Source: Roseiarcus sp. (GTDB taxonomy: Bacteria > Pseudomonadota > Alphaproteobacteria > Rhizobiales > Beijerinckiaceae). Taken from it: a stretch of 64,000 bases of DNA. The position numbers and the translations under genes are program-made. Below are positions 54,797 through 64,000 of the stretch, one piece after another; position 1 is the first letter of the stretch, and each line of letters begins with the position of its first letter. The stretch covers positions 5,441 to 69,440 of the forward strand of contig JBEKBD010000001.1 in the NCBI GenBank assembly GCA_050015575.1, read 5' to 3'. The notes under the pieces are model-generated. The model saw only the letters and a list, made by a program, of their open reading frames with translations. It ran no database searches and was not told the origin of the DNA.

Positions 54797-55530
54797 CAGA
54801 TGTCCTGTCCCGCCGAAAGCGCCTCGGCATGGATGCCGCATTCGGTCTTGCCGCGCCCGCGCCAGCGGCCGGCGCGCGGATCCTCTCCCGGCCGGACCGG
54901 GCCGGTGCAGGGCAGGCAGCCGATCGAGGGATAGCCGCGGGCGACCAAAGGATGAGGCGGCAGGCCGGCTTCGCGGATGTAGTTCAAGACATCCGCAGCG
55001 CTCCAACCGACCAACGGGTTGACCTTGACGCGCTCGCCCTCGGCTTCGAACAGCGGCACGCGCGCGCGCGTCGCGCTCTGGAAACCCTTGCGCCCGGTGA
55101 TCCAGGCTTCGTAGCCGTCGAGCGCCTTGGCGAGCGGTAAGACCTTGCGGATTTCGCAGCAGCGGTCGGGATCGCCAGCGAAGAGAAAGCCCTCCGGGTC
55201 TTCGGCCGCCAGCGTCGCCGGATTGGGATCGGCGACGACGACGCTGTCGAGGCCGAGCCGCGCGCAGAGTTCGTCGCGGTAGCGAAGAGTCTCGGGGAAA
55301 TGCCGGCCGGTGTCGACGAACACCACCGGGGTCGCCTTGTCGACGCCGGCGATCATGTGCAGCAGCGCCGCCGATTCCGCGCCGAAGCTGGAGACCAGCG
55401 CGATGCGGCCGGGAAACAGGTCCTCGATCGCCAGGCGCAGCAGCGAGCTCGCCTTGATCTGCGCGAATTTGCCTTCGAGGCGGGAGGCGGCGATCGCATC
55501 GCCGAACAACTTGACGTCGTGGGCGCTCAT
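54796..55530 (-). CDS. cysH: PAPS/APS reductase
   Basis: VSSFGAES, FVDTGRHFPET, CCEIRKV, WITGRK, KVNPL, GYPSIGC..CT, RAGRW...KTECGIH. Confidence 0.93.
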   Translation of the reverse strand: MSAHDVKLFGDAIAASRLEGKFAQIKASSLLRLAIEDLFPGRIALVSSFGAESAALLHMIAGVDKATPVVFVDTGRHFPETLRYRDELCARLGLDSVVVADPNPATLAAEDPEGFLFAGDPDRCCEIRKVLPLAKALDGYEAWITGRKGFQSATRARVPLFEAEGERVKVNPLVGWSAADVLNYIREAGLPPHPLVARGYPSIGCLPCTGPVRPGEDPRAGRWRGRGKTECGIHAEALSAGQDI

Positions 55531-57203
55531 CAAATGTCGGCTCCGGCGCTGCGCTCGTAGAGCGCCTCCTTGAACGGCGCGATTCCGACGCGGCGGAACG
55601 CGGCGAAAAAGTCCTCTTGCGGCCCCAGGCGCCGCGCCAAATAGGTCTCGACCACCGTCTCGATCGCCTCGACGATGGCCTCCGAGCTGAAGCCGGGTCC
55701 GACGATTTCGCCGATCGCCGCGTTCTCGTCGCCGGAGCCGCCGAGGGTCACCTGATAGGTCTCTTCGCCGGCGCGCTCCAGGCCGAGGATGCCGATATGG
55801 CCGACGTGATGGTGGCCGCAGGCGTTGATGCAGCCGGAAATCTTGATCTTCAGCGGGCCGATCGCGCGGGCGCGCGCGCCGTCGCCGAAGCGCTCGGACA
55901 AGCGCTGGGCGATCGGGATCGAGCGCGCCGTCGCGAGTGCGCAGTAGTCGAGCCCGGGGCAGGCGATGATGTCGCTGATCAGCCCGGCGTTGGGCGTGGC
56001 GAGTCCCACCGAAGCGAGCCGATCGTAGACGGCGGCGAGGTCGTCGAGGGCGACATGCGGCAGAATGAGGTTCTGCTCGTGGGAGACGCGCGCTTCATCG
56101 TGCGAAAAGTCTTCGGCGAGATCGGCGACGGCGTCGATCTGGTCGGCGCTGGCGTCGCCGGGCACGCCGCCGATCGGCTTCAGCGAAACCGTCACCATCG
56201 CGTAGCCTGGCGTCTTGTGCGGCGCCACGTTCGACTCGAAGAATTTCGCGAACTTGGCGTCCTTGGCGCGCCGCCGCTCGACGCGCTCGCTGACCGGCGT
56301 CTTCGCCTCCAGCGGCGGGGGCGCGAAATAGGCGTTGATGCGGGCGATCTCTTGCGGGGGCAGGGCGAGTCCGGTGCGATCGTGGGCGGAGAATTCGGCC
56401 TCGATCGCGTCGCGCAATTCGGCGAGGCCCTTTTCGTGCAGCAGGATCTTGATGCGCGCCTTGAACTTGTTGTCGCGCCGGCCTTCGAGATTGTAGACGC
56501 GCAGGATCGCGTCGGCGTAGGCGAGCAGGTCGCGCTCGGGCAAGAATTCGCGCACCTTGCGGCCGATGAACGGCGTGCGGCCGAGCCCGCCGCCAACGTA
56601 AACCGCGAAGCCCAGCTCGCCCCGGTCGTTGCGCACGACCTGCAGCCCGATGTCGTGCGCCTGGATCACCGCGCGGTCGTGGGCGGCGCCGCTGACGGCG
56701 ATCTTGAACTTGCGCGGCAGGAACGAAAACTCGGGGTGCAGCGACGACCACTGGCGCAGGATTTCCGCGTAGGGGCGCGGATCGGCGATCTCGTCCGCGG
56801 CGGCGCCCGCGTAATGGTCGGCGGTGACGTTGCGGATGCAATTGCCCGAAGTCTGGATCGCGTGCATGTCGACGCTGGCGAGCTCGGCGAGAATGTCCGG
56901 CACGTCCTTCAGCGCCGGCCAATTGAACTGGAGGTTCTGGCGGGTGGTGAAATGGCCGTAGCCGCGGTCGTACTTGCGCGCGATTTCCGCGAGTTTGCGC
57001 AGCTGGCGCGCGTTCAGCGCGCCGTAGGGCACGGCGATGCGCAGCATGTAGGAATGCAGCTGCAGATAGAGCCCGTTCATCAGCCGGTGCGGCCGGAACT
57101 GCTCCTCGGTCAATTCGCCGGCGAGCCGGCGCGCGACCTGGTCGCGGAACTGCTCGACGCGCGCCGCGACGAAGGCGGCGTCGAATTCGTCATAGCGATA
57201 CAT
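55530..57203 (-). CDS. cysI: Sulfite (nitrite/sulfite) reductase hemoprotein
   Basis: MYRYDEFD, GLYLQLH, GHFTTRQN, TSGNCIRN, LPRKFK, ACPGLDYC, KISGCINACG siroheme/4Fe-4S ligands. Confidence 0.92.
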   Translation of the reverse strand: MYRYDEFDAAFVAARVEQFRDQVARRLAGELTEEQFRPHRLMNGLYLQLHSYMLRIAVPYGALNARQLRKLAEIARKYDRGYGHFTTRQNLQFNWPALKDVPDILAELASVDMHAIQTSGNCIRNVTADHYAGAAADEIADPRPYAEILRQWSSLHPEFSFLPRKFKIAVSGAAHDRAVIQAHDIGLQVVRNDRGELGFAVYVGGGLGRTPFIGRKVREFLPERDLLAYADAILRVYNLEGRRDNKFKARIKILLHEKGLAELRDAIEAEFSAHDRTGLALPPQEIARINAYFAPPPLEAKTPVSERVERRRAKDAKFAKFFESNVAPHKTPGYAMVTVSLKPIGGVPGDASADQIDAVADLAEDFSHDEARVSHEQNLILPHVALDDLAAVYDRLASVGLATPNAGLISDIIACPGLDYCALATARSIPIAQRLSERFGDGARARAIGPLKIKISGCINACGHHHVGHIGILGLERAGEETYQVTLGGSGDENAAIGEIVGPGFSSEAIVEAIETVVETYLARRLGPQEDFFAAFRRVGIAPFKEALYERSAGADI

Positions 57204-57537
57204 GCGGGCCCTCCGCGTTCGCGTCCAGGGCGACAACCGGCGCCTGCCCTTGAGCCTGCTTGCCGAGATCGCGGCGCACCGTCGGCCCGGAGGCGCGGAT
57301 CGCTTCGCGCAGGGCCTTGGGCGCGTAATGGCCGTTGCGCCGCTCGACCGCGACCGCGTAGGGGTCGACGATCTGGCTCCGCGCGACCGCCTCGGCGCCA
57401 AGCGCGAGCGCGGTGGAGACCGCCGCCGCATCGGCATAGACCGCGGCGCGCGCGAAGTCTTCGACCCAGCCGCCTTCCGCGTCCAGGAAGACGACGACGC
57501 CGTCGGCGAGCCGATTGGCGGTGACGATCTCGCTCAC
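57190..57537 (-). CDS. DUF2849 family protein
   Basis: IVTANRLADGVVVFL, VDPY, LREAIRASGPT; first gene of the cys operon. GTG start uncertain. Confidence 0.85.
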   Translation of the reverse strand: MSEIVTANRLADGVVVFLDAEGGWVEDFARAAVYADAAAVSTALALGAEAVARSQIVDPYAVAVERRNGHYAPKALREAIRASGPTVRRDLGKQAQGQAPVVALDANAEGPHVSL

Positions 57538-57956
57538 AAAACGTCCTTTTCCTGTGTCCGCGGCCACGCCCGATTTTAGCCGAGGCGCCGACGGCGCGGG
57601 GGCCTTTCACGGCGATAAGGCGACAAATAAGGTCGGGGGATAAAGCTGGTAGCATATTTTACGAAAGCGATCTAGACGATTGTTATTCATACTTATAGCA
57701 GTTGTTTTATAGCTTCGGCTAGCCGTTGCGAGCTCCCCTCACGTCACGGCCGAGCGCGACCCCATGGGCGCGGACGCGAGGGATTGGCGAGCGCGTCGGA
57801 ATGGAGTCCGAACTCATGATGGAAGACTTCGCGCTCGATTCGCTGGGGATGGTCGGAACGGGTCGGGCGTCGTGGCGGCGCGTCCGACGCCGGCTGCGAA
57901 AGCGCTGAGTTTCCTGGGCCGACGCCCCGCTCGCTCCCCTTTGGCGGGGCTGCGGG

Positions 57957-57997
57957 TTAAGGCGCCGTTAACGCCCTGGCGTTAATTCTAACTTAAC
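57957..57997. promoter_or_regulatory. Two tandem CtrA boxes upstream of ddl-ftsQAZ
   Basis: TTAA-ggcgccg-TTAAC (57957-72) and TTAA-ttctaac-TTAAC (57982-97). Confidence 0.85.
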
Positions 57998-58031
57998 GCG
58001 CGCCCGGCGCGTGGCCGACCTAGGAGAGGCG

Positions 58032-58952
58032 ATGAAACACGTGGCCGTGCTGATGGGCGGGTGGTCGGCCGAACGCCCAGTGTCGCTCAATTCCGGGCGC
58101 GGCTGCGCCGACGCGCTGGAGAAGCTCGGCTTTCGCGTCACGCGCGTCGACGTCGACCGCGACGTCGCCGCTACGCTCGCCAGGCTGAAGCCCGACGTCG
58201 CCTTCAATGCGCTGCATGGGCGCGGCGGCGAGGACGGGACCATTCAGGGCGTGCTTGAAATCCTGCGCATTCCCTACACCCATTCGGGGGTGTTGGCCTC
58301 GGCGCTGGCGATGCAGAAGGATCTGGCCAAGATCGTGCTGCAGGCGGCCGGCGTTCCGGTCGCACACGGCGTGACGGTCGATCGGCGCGAAGCGGCGCGC
58401 CGGCACGTGCTGGAGCCGCCCTACGTGCTCAAGCCGGTCAACGAGGGTTCGTCCTTCGGCGTCGTGATCGTCAAGAAGGACCGCGCCCACCCGCCGCAGG
58501 AAGTCGGCCGGGAGGACTGGCCCTATGGCGACCGCCTGCTCGCCGAACGCTTCGTCGACGGCAAGGAATTGACCTGTGCGGCGATGGGCGACCGCGCTCT
58601 CGACATCATCGAAATTCAGCCGGTCTCGGAAGCTTTCTACGGTTATGACGCAAAATACGCCAAGGGCGGCTCGCTTCACGTCCTTCCGGCGAAAATTAAA
58701 CCGAAAATTTACCATGAAGTCCAAGAGTTGACTCTGCGCGCGCATCGCGCGCTGGGCTGCCGCGGCGTGAGCCGGGCGGATTTTCGTTTGGACGAGTCGA
58801 AGGGGGAATCCGGGGAACTGGTCTGCCTGGAGGTGAATACGCAGCCGGGGATGACGGAAACCTCGTTGGTGCCGGACATGGCCGCTTACGCCGGCCTGTC
58901 CTTTGCCGAGTTGGTCGAATGGATGGTCGAGGACGCTTCGTGCGATCGCTGA
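58032..58952 (+). CDS. ddl: D-alanine--D-alanine ligase
   Basis: VAVLMGGWSAERPVSL, FNALHG..GEDG, YVLKP..EGSS, LEVNTQPGMT. Confidence 0.96.
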   Translation: MKHVAVLMGGWSAERPVSLNSGRGCADALEKLGFRVTRVDVDRDVAATLARLKPDVAFNALHGRGGEDGTIQGVLEILRIPYTHSGVLASALAMQKDLAKIVLQAAGVPVAHGVTVDRREAARRHVLEPPYVLKPVNEGSSFGVVIVKKDRAHPPQEVGREDWPYGDRLLAERFVDGKELTCAAMGDRALDIIEIQPVSEAFYGYDAKYAKGGSLHVLPAKIKPKIYHEVQELTLRAHRALGCRGVSRADFRLDESKGESGELVCLEVNTQPGMTETSLVPDMAAYAGLSFAELVEWMVEDASCDR

Positions 58953-59884
58953 GCGAAACGCTCGGGTTGCGGCCTGCGCCGGCGCCGGCGCCCGCGCTCG
59001 CGTTCGCGCGCCCCCCCGGCGGCCCGGTCCGCGTGCTTCTGCGCGGCGAGCGCGCCGCGCGCGGCTCGACGCCCTGGAGGCTCGGCCTCGACCGGCCGGC
59101 GCCGCGAGGCTTGGGCGTCGCTCTGGCGATCGGTCTGCTGCTCGGCGCGGCGGCGCTCGGGCTGGCGTGGGGCGGGCAATATCAGACGTTCGTCGATCGC
59201 GAAGGCGGGGTCGGCGACTTCGCCGCACGCGCGCTCGGCCTCGCCGTGAAGGTGGTGAGCATCTCGGGCGAAGCCCAACTCACCGAACCGGAGATTCTCG
59301 CCGTCGCCGGCGTCAGCGCCAAGGATTCGCTCCCGTTCTTCGACGCCGCGCGCGCGCGCAGGAATCTCGAGGCCTTGCCGCTGATCAAGCAGGCGAGCGT
59401 GCGCAAACTCTATCCCGATCGGATCGTCATCGACATCGTCGAGCGCACGCCGGCCGCGCTGTGGCAGAAGGACGGCGAAATTCACGCCATCGCCGCCGAC
59501 GGCGCCGTCATCGGCGACCTGCGCGATACTCGCTATTCCTCGCTCCCCTTCGTCGTCGGCGAGGGGGCCAACGCGCGGCTGAGCGAATTCATGACGTTGC
59601 TCGACGCCTCGGCCGAACTGAGGCCGAGGATCGTCGCCGGCGTGCTGGTCGGCGCGCGGCGCTGGAACCTCAAAATGAATTCGGGGATCGACGTCAAGTT
59701 GCCGGAGAACGATCCTCTGGCCGCGATGGCGACCCTGCTCGCCCTCCAACGCCAGTCGCGCGTTCTCGATCGCGATATCGTGTCGCTCGACTTGCGCGTC
59801 GAAGGCAAGGTCTTCGCCCGGCTTTCCGAAGAGGCCGCGGCGGCCCGGCTCGAGGCGCGCTCGCAGAAGGCCGCCCCGCTATGA
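58919..59884 (+). CDS. ftsQ: Cell division protein FtsQ
   Basis: MDGRGR start, single TM, POTRA (ASVRKLYPDRI.I.IVERTP), RRWNL, DLR. Confidence 0.9.
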   Translation: MDGRGRFVRSLSETLGLRPAPAPAPALAFARPPGGPVRVLLRGERAARGSTPWRLGLDRPAPRGLGVALAIGLLLGAAALGLAWGGQYQTFVDREGGVGDFAARALGLAVKVVSISGEAQLTEPEILAVAGVSAKDSLPFFDAARARRNLEALPLIKQASVRKLYPDRIVIDIVERTPAALWQKDGEIHAIAADGAVIGDLRDTRYSSLPFVVGEGANARLSEFMTLLDASAELRPRIVAGVLVGARRWNLKMNSGIDVKLPENDPLAAMATLLALQRQSRVLDRDIVSLDLRVEGKVFARLSEEAAAARLEARSQKAAPL

Positions 59885-61197
59885 ACTCGAGGCCGCTGAC
59901 GCCGCGCATGCGGCAAATTCCCCCGCACAAGAGCGCCGTGCTTTCGGTGCTCGACGTCGGCGCTTCGAAGGTCGTCTGCCTGATCGCGCGGCTGACCCCG
60001 ATCGCGCGTTCCGAATCGCCGCGCGAGCGCACCCATCGCTGCAAGGTTCTCGGCATCGGCCATCAGCGCTCGCGCGGAGTCAAGGCCGGCGCCATCGTCG
60101 ATCTCGACGCTGCGGAGAGCGCCATTCGCTTGGCCATCGACGCCGCCGAACGGATGGCCGGCGTCGAAGTCGACAGCGTGGTGGTCAATATGTCCGGCGG
60201 GCGTCTTTCGTCGCGGCTCTGCGAGGCCAAGACGGCGCTGCGCGGCAGGGCGGTCGGCGAACACGAAATCCATCGGGTGCTCGAGGCGGCCGCGGCGGCG
60301 GGGGGCTGCGGCGGGCGCGCGGTTCTTCACGCCGCGCCGACCGGCTTCTGGCTCGACGCCACGCACGGCGTGCGCGACCCCAAGGGGATGATCGGCGACG
60401 AACTGGGCGCCGAAATGCACGTCGCCTCGTGCGACGCCGCGCCGGCGCGCAATCTCATGCTCGCCGTCGAGCGTTGTCACTTGCGCATCGCGGCGATGGT
60501 GGCCACGCCGTATGCGGCGGGGCTCTCGACGCTGGTCGACGACGAAGCCGAATTGGGCGCCGCGGTGATCGATTTCGGCGGCGGCTCGACGACGGCCGGC
60601 GTGTTCGCCGGCGGCCGGCTCGTTCACGTCGACGCTCTCGCCCTCGGCGGCAATCACGTCACCGCCGATATCGCGCGCGGCCTCTCGATCTCCCTCGCCG
60701 ACGCCGAACGCCTGAAGACGGCCTATGGGGCCTGTACCGCTTCGCCGTCCGACGATCGCGACTCGATCGCGATTCATCGCGTCGGCGACGACATGGACCA
60801 GTCGAGCCATCTGCCGAAATCCGAACTGGTGCGCATCATTCGGCCGCGCGTCGAGGAAATTCTCGAACTCGTGCGCGATCGCCTGGAGGCGTCGGGTCAA
60901 GCCGCCCATGCCGGACGCCAGTTGGTGCTCACGGGCGGCGCCTGTCAGCTCGCCGGCTTGCCGGAACTGGCTCGCGCCATCGTTTCCAGTCAGGCGCGGA
61001 TCGGCAGGCCGTTCGGCGTCGAAGGGTTGCCCGAATCGGCCAGGAGTCCGGCTTTCGCCGCAGCGGTCGGCCTCATGGTCTATCCGCAGGTGGCCGGAAT
61101 CGAATATTTCGAGCCGCGCCGTTCGAACCGCGCCCCCCGCGTCGAGGACGACGGCTACGTCGCGCGCGTCGGACGATGGCTGAAAGAGAGTTTTTGA
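59881..61197 (+). CDS. ftsA: Cell division protein FtsA
   Basis: [47 protein letters not shown]. Confidence 0.95.
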   Translation: MNSRPLTPRMRQIPPHKSAVLSVLDVGASKVVCLIARLTPIARSESPRERTHRCKVLGIGHQRSRGVKAGAIVDLDAAESAIRLAIDAAERMAGVEVDSVVVNMSGGRLSSRLCEAKTALRGRAVGEHEIHRVLEAAAAAGGCGGRAVLHAAPTGFWLDATHGVRDPKGMIGDELGAEMHVASCDAAPARNLMLAVERCHLRIAAMVATPYAAGLSTLVDDEAELGAAVIDFGGGSTTAGVFAGGRLVHVDALALGGNHVTADIARGLSISLADAERLKTAYGACTASPSDDRDSIAIHRVGDDMDQSSHLPKSELVRIIRPRVEEILELVRDRLEASGQAAHAGRQLVLTGGACQLAGLPELARAIVSSQARIGRPFGVEGLPESARSPAFAAAVGLMVYPQVAGIEYFEPRRSNRAPRVEDDGYVARVGRWLKESF

Positions 61198-61288
61198 TGC
61201 GGCGCGCGGGCGCGCTAGCGAGCTTGGGCGGAACGGAATTGACGCATTTGAATCGGCGCCGGCGGGCGTCCAAGGAATGAGGCCAGCG

Positions 61289-62914
61289 ATGTCGATCAAT
61301 CTGAAGGCTCCGGAACTGCGGGAATTGAAGCCGCGAATCGTCGTTTGCGGCGTCGGCGGCGCCGGAGGCAACGCGGTCAACAACATGATCGTCTCCGGGC
61401 TCTCCGGGGTCGATTTCGTCGTCGCCAACACCGACGCCCAGGCGCTCGCCTCTTCGCGCGCGGAGCGGATCATCCAGATGGGCCTGCAGGTGACCGAGGG
61501 GCTCGGCGCCGGCTCGAGGCCCGAGGTCGGACGCGCCGCGGCCGAGGAGGCGATCGAGGAAATTCGCGATCATCTGGCCGGCGCGCATATGGCGTTCGTC
61601 ACCGCCGGCATGGGCGGAGGCACGGGAACCGGCGCCGCGCCGATCGTCGCTCGCGTGGCGCGCGAATTGGGGATTCTCACCGTCGGCGTGGTCACCAAAC
61701 CGTTCCATTTCGAGGGCGCGCGGCGCATGCGTCTGGCGGATGGCGGGATCGACGAATTGCAGAAGTGCGTCGACACGCTGATCGTCATCCCCAACCAGAA
61801 CCTGTTCCGGGTCGCCAACGAAAAGACGACGTTCGCCGACGCGTTCGCGATGGCCGATCAGGTGCTCTATTCCGGCGTCGCCTGCATCACCGATCTGATG
61901 GTCAAGGAAGGCCTGATCAATCTCGACTTCGCCGACGTCCGTTCGATCATGAGCGAAATGGGCAAGGCGATGATGGGGACGGGCGAAGCGACCGGCGAGA
62001 AGCGCGCCGTGATGGCCGCCGAAGCGGCGATCGCCAATCCGCTGCTCGACGAGACCTCGATGAAAGGCGCCCAGGGCCTTCTCATCTCGATCACCGGTGG
62101 CGCCGATCTGACGCTCTACGAGGTCGACGAAGCGGCCAGCCGCATCCGCCAGGAAGTGGACGAAGAAGCCAACATCATCCTCGGCGCGACTTTCGACGCC
62201 GCGCTGGACGGCGTGGTCAGGGTTTCCGTCGTCGCGACCGGCATCGATCAGGCGGCGATCGGCAGGATCGAGCCGCTCCCGCAGGCCGATCGCGCCGAAT
62301 TTACGTGGCGATCGCGCTTGCGCGCGCCACGGGCGGCGCCGAGCCTGGTCGCGGCGGAAAGCGCGTTCGAGACCGAGAACGCTCCCGCGGAGGCGGTCGC
62401 GCCGGTCGACGACGAGGACGAAGCCCATCTGGCCGCGCTCGAGCCGGCCGCCCCGGCCCGCGATGGGCCGATCGACGGGGAATTCATGCCCGCGGCGTCG
62501 GAACCGCCCGAGAGCCGCCCGCCGCGCATGCCGCAGATCGACGAGCTGCCGCCTCTCGCGCAAGACCAGCTTCGCGCGCATCGCGGCGAAGCGCCGGATT
62601 CCGTTCATCCCGTCGAAGCGCGGCGCCTTTCGCTGCTGGAAAAACTCGCCGCTTTCGGCATCAGCCGACGTGAAGGGGAGGAGGCGCAGGCGCCGGGCCT
62701 GCGCGCGATGGCTCCGGCGCTGCCGGAAGCGGCGCCGCCCAAGCCGAGCGCGAGCGCCCTTCACGCCGAATACGGCCGCCCGCAACCCCGTTCCGCTTCG
62801 GCTCGCGCCGCCCAGGGCAATCTGGATGCGCACGGGCGGATCGCCGCGCCGGCGGCGCCGATGGAGGAGGATCAATTGGAAATCCCCGCCTTCCTGCGGC
62901 GCCACTCGACGTAG
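61289..62914 (+). CDS. ftsZ: Cell division protein FtsZ (long alphaproteobacterial linker)
   Basis: [37 protein letters not shown]-terminal LEIPAFLRR. Confidence 0.98.
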   Translation: MSINLKAPELRELKPRIVVCGVGGAGGNAVNNMIVSGLSGVDFVVANTDAQALASSRAERIIQMGLQVTEGLGAGSRPEVGRAAAEEAIEEIRDHLAGAHMAFVTAGMGGGTGTGAAPIVARVARELGILTVGVVTKPFHFEGARRMRLADGGIDELQKCVDTLIVIPNQNLFRVANEKTTFADAFAMADQVLYSGVACITDLMVKEGLINLDFADVRSIMSEMGKAMMGTGEATGEKRAVMAAEAAIANPLLDETSMKGAQGLLISITGGADLTLYEVDEAASRIRQEVDEEANIILGATFDAALDGVVRVSVVATGIDQAAIGRIEPLPQADRAEFTWRSRLRAPRAAPSLVAAESAFETENAPAEAVAPVDDEDEAHLAALEPAAPARDGPIDGEFMPAASEPPESRPPRMPQIDELPPLAQDQLRAHRGEAPDSVHPVEARRLSLLEKLAAFGISRREGEEAQAPGLRAMAPALPEAAPPKPSASALHAEYGRPQPRSASARAAQGNLDAHGRIAAPAAPMEEDQLEIPAFLRRHST

Positions 62915-63064
62915 GCCCCGCTTGCTCGACCGCCGACGGCCGCGGCCAATTCGCCGCGGCCGTTTCGCGTGCGCATCCGCGCATTCGCGTTCGCGCGCGC
63001 TTCGTCGCCCCCGTCGTCGCGATTTTTTGCATTAAGTCGTTGTCGCCATTGCAAGAAACATGGT

Positions 63065-63080
63065 TTAAGAAAGATGTAAC
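63065..63080. promoter_or_regulatory. Near-consensus CtrA box upstream of lpxC
   Basis: TTAA-gaaagat-GTAAC (one mismatch), with another TTAAC at 63086. Confidence 0.45.
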
Positions 63081-63278
63081 GATTGTTAACGAAAGGTGAT
63101 TTGGCCGAGCGCGGCGACCTGCCTATGGTCCCCGCCGGTCGTCGTCGACGCGCGGGACGGGCGCGCGATTTCGAAGCGGCGGCCGAGCGAACGCGGAAGA
63201 CAACGAAGGGCGGCGAAGCGTCGATCTCGGGCGCGCAGACCTTTCGGCGTCCGTCGTGGAATTGGGGACGTTCGATCG

Positions 63279-64000
63279 ATGAAATTGGGGTTCCAGACGA
63301 CGCTTCGCGATCGTGTTGAAATTCACGGTCTCGGCGTCCATTCGGCCGCTCCCGCCCGAGTGGTTCTCCATCCTGCCGACGTCGACTCCGGAATTGTCGT
63401 GTTGCGCACGGGGCTGCCGAACGGGCGCGAGCGCCTGATCGAGGCCAAGTGGTCGAACGTGACCCAGACCGCGCTGTGCACGGTGCTCGGCGATTCGACC
63501 GGCGCGACGGTGGCGACGGTCGAACATGTGCTGGGGGCCCTTGCCGGTCTTCGCGTCGATAACGCGCTGGTGGAGATCGACGGCCCGGAAATGCCGATCA
63601 TGGACGGTTCGGCGGCGGAGTTCGTCGACGCGATCGACGCGGTCGGCATCGCCGATCAATCGCGTCCGCGCCGCTATATTCGGGTTCTTCGGCCGATGCG
63701 GGTCGCCTCGGGACGCGCCTATTCCGAATTGCGCCCCGCCAGCCGCGGCTTTCGCCTCGACGTGGAAATCGATTTCGACGCGGCGCCGATCGGACGTCAG
63801 CGTCGCGTTTTCGATCTCGATCCCCAGGTGTTCCGCAAAGAGGTCGCGCGCGCTCGCACCTTTGGCTTCGTCAGCGACGTGAAGAAGTTATGGCAAGCGG
63901 GCTTCGCGTTGGGTTCGTCGCTGGAAAATTCGATCGCGCTGGACGGGGACGCCGTGCTCAACCCCGAAGGCCTGCGTTTCAGCGACGAGTTCGTGCGCCA
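63279..64000 (+). CDS. lpxC: UDP-3-O-acyl-GlcNAc deacetylase, runs off the window
   Basis: Manual translation: MKLGFQTTLRDRVEIHGLGVHS...TVEHVLGALAGLRVDNALVEIDGPEMPIMDGSA...ARTFGF...GSSLEN. Confidence 0.95.
   Translation, partial: MKLGFQTTLRDRVEIHGLGVHSAAPARVVLHPADVDSGIVVLRTGLPNGRERLIEAKWSNVTQTALCTVLGDSTGATVATVEHVLGALAGLRVDNALVEIDGPEMPIMDGSAAEFVDAIDAVGIADQSRPRRYIRVLRPMRVASGRAYSELRPASRGFRLDVEIDFDAAPIGRQRRVFDLDPQVFRKEVARARTFGFVSDVKKLWQAGFALGSSLENSIALDGDAVLNPEGLRFSDEFVR

Noticed and set aside
57690-57715. TTATAGC direct repeat upstream of the cys operon as a CysB/LysR site
   Set aside because: AT-rich promoter DNA whose spacing does not fit a clear T-N11-A dyad; too weak to call.
63340-63375. 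Suspected frameshift near the lpxC 5' end
   Set aside because: Codon-by-codon reading from ATG 63279 is continuous (…CGA GTG GTT CTC CAT…). The gene is missing from the ORF track only because it runs off the window.

Overview
Very GC-rich chromosomal segment of an alphaproteobacterium. Gene order (lpoA-rsmI-yraN-gshB, dnaK-dnaJ-pmtA-pyrF, ddl-ftsQAZ-lpxC) and TTAA-N7-TTAA CtrA boxes point to Hyphomicrobiales/Rhizobiales. Most of it is housekeeping: cmk, uvrB, leuD, alr, glmM, grxD, moaA, gshB, glnD, grpE, dapE, truA, dapB, dnaKJ, pgm, murC/murB, a cysI-cysH operon and ddl-ftsQAZ-lpxC, plus tRNA-Val(CAC) and tRNA-Glu(CTC). There are also two efflux clusters with visible operators and four type II toxin-antitoxin pairs. 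The most notable items are: (1) an orphan phage-like switch at about 28.3-29.8 kb, where a CI-like XRE/S24 repressor is divergent from a small gene plus a DUF6456-like gene, the leftward promoter carries a perfect LexA box, no phage structural genes are nearby, and dapE follows the repressor after 9 bp; (2) a hidden 24-codon ORF with a 17-nt extended Shine-Dalgarno, GTG start and terminator (rreB-like); (3) a roughly 320-bp multi-hairpin palindromic element between convergent genes; (4) a degenerate alkB remnant truncated next to a higBA module; (5) a class I glutamine amidotransferase translationally coupled between murC and murB. No CRISPR array, rRNA gene, integrase or transposase was seen. 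All family assignments come from motif recognition by eye, not database searches.
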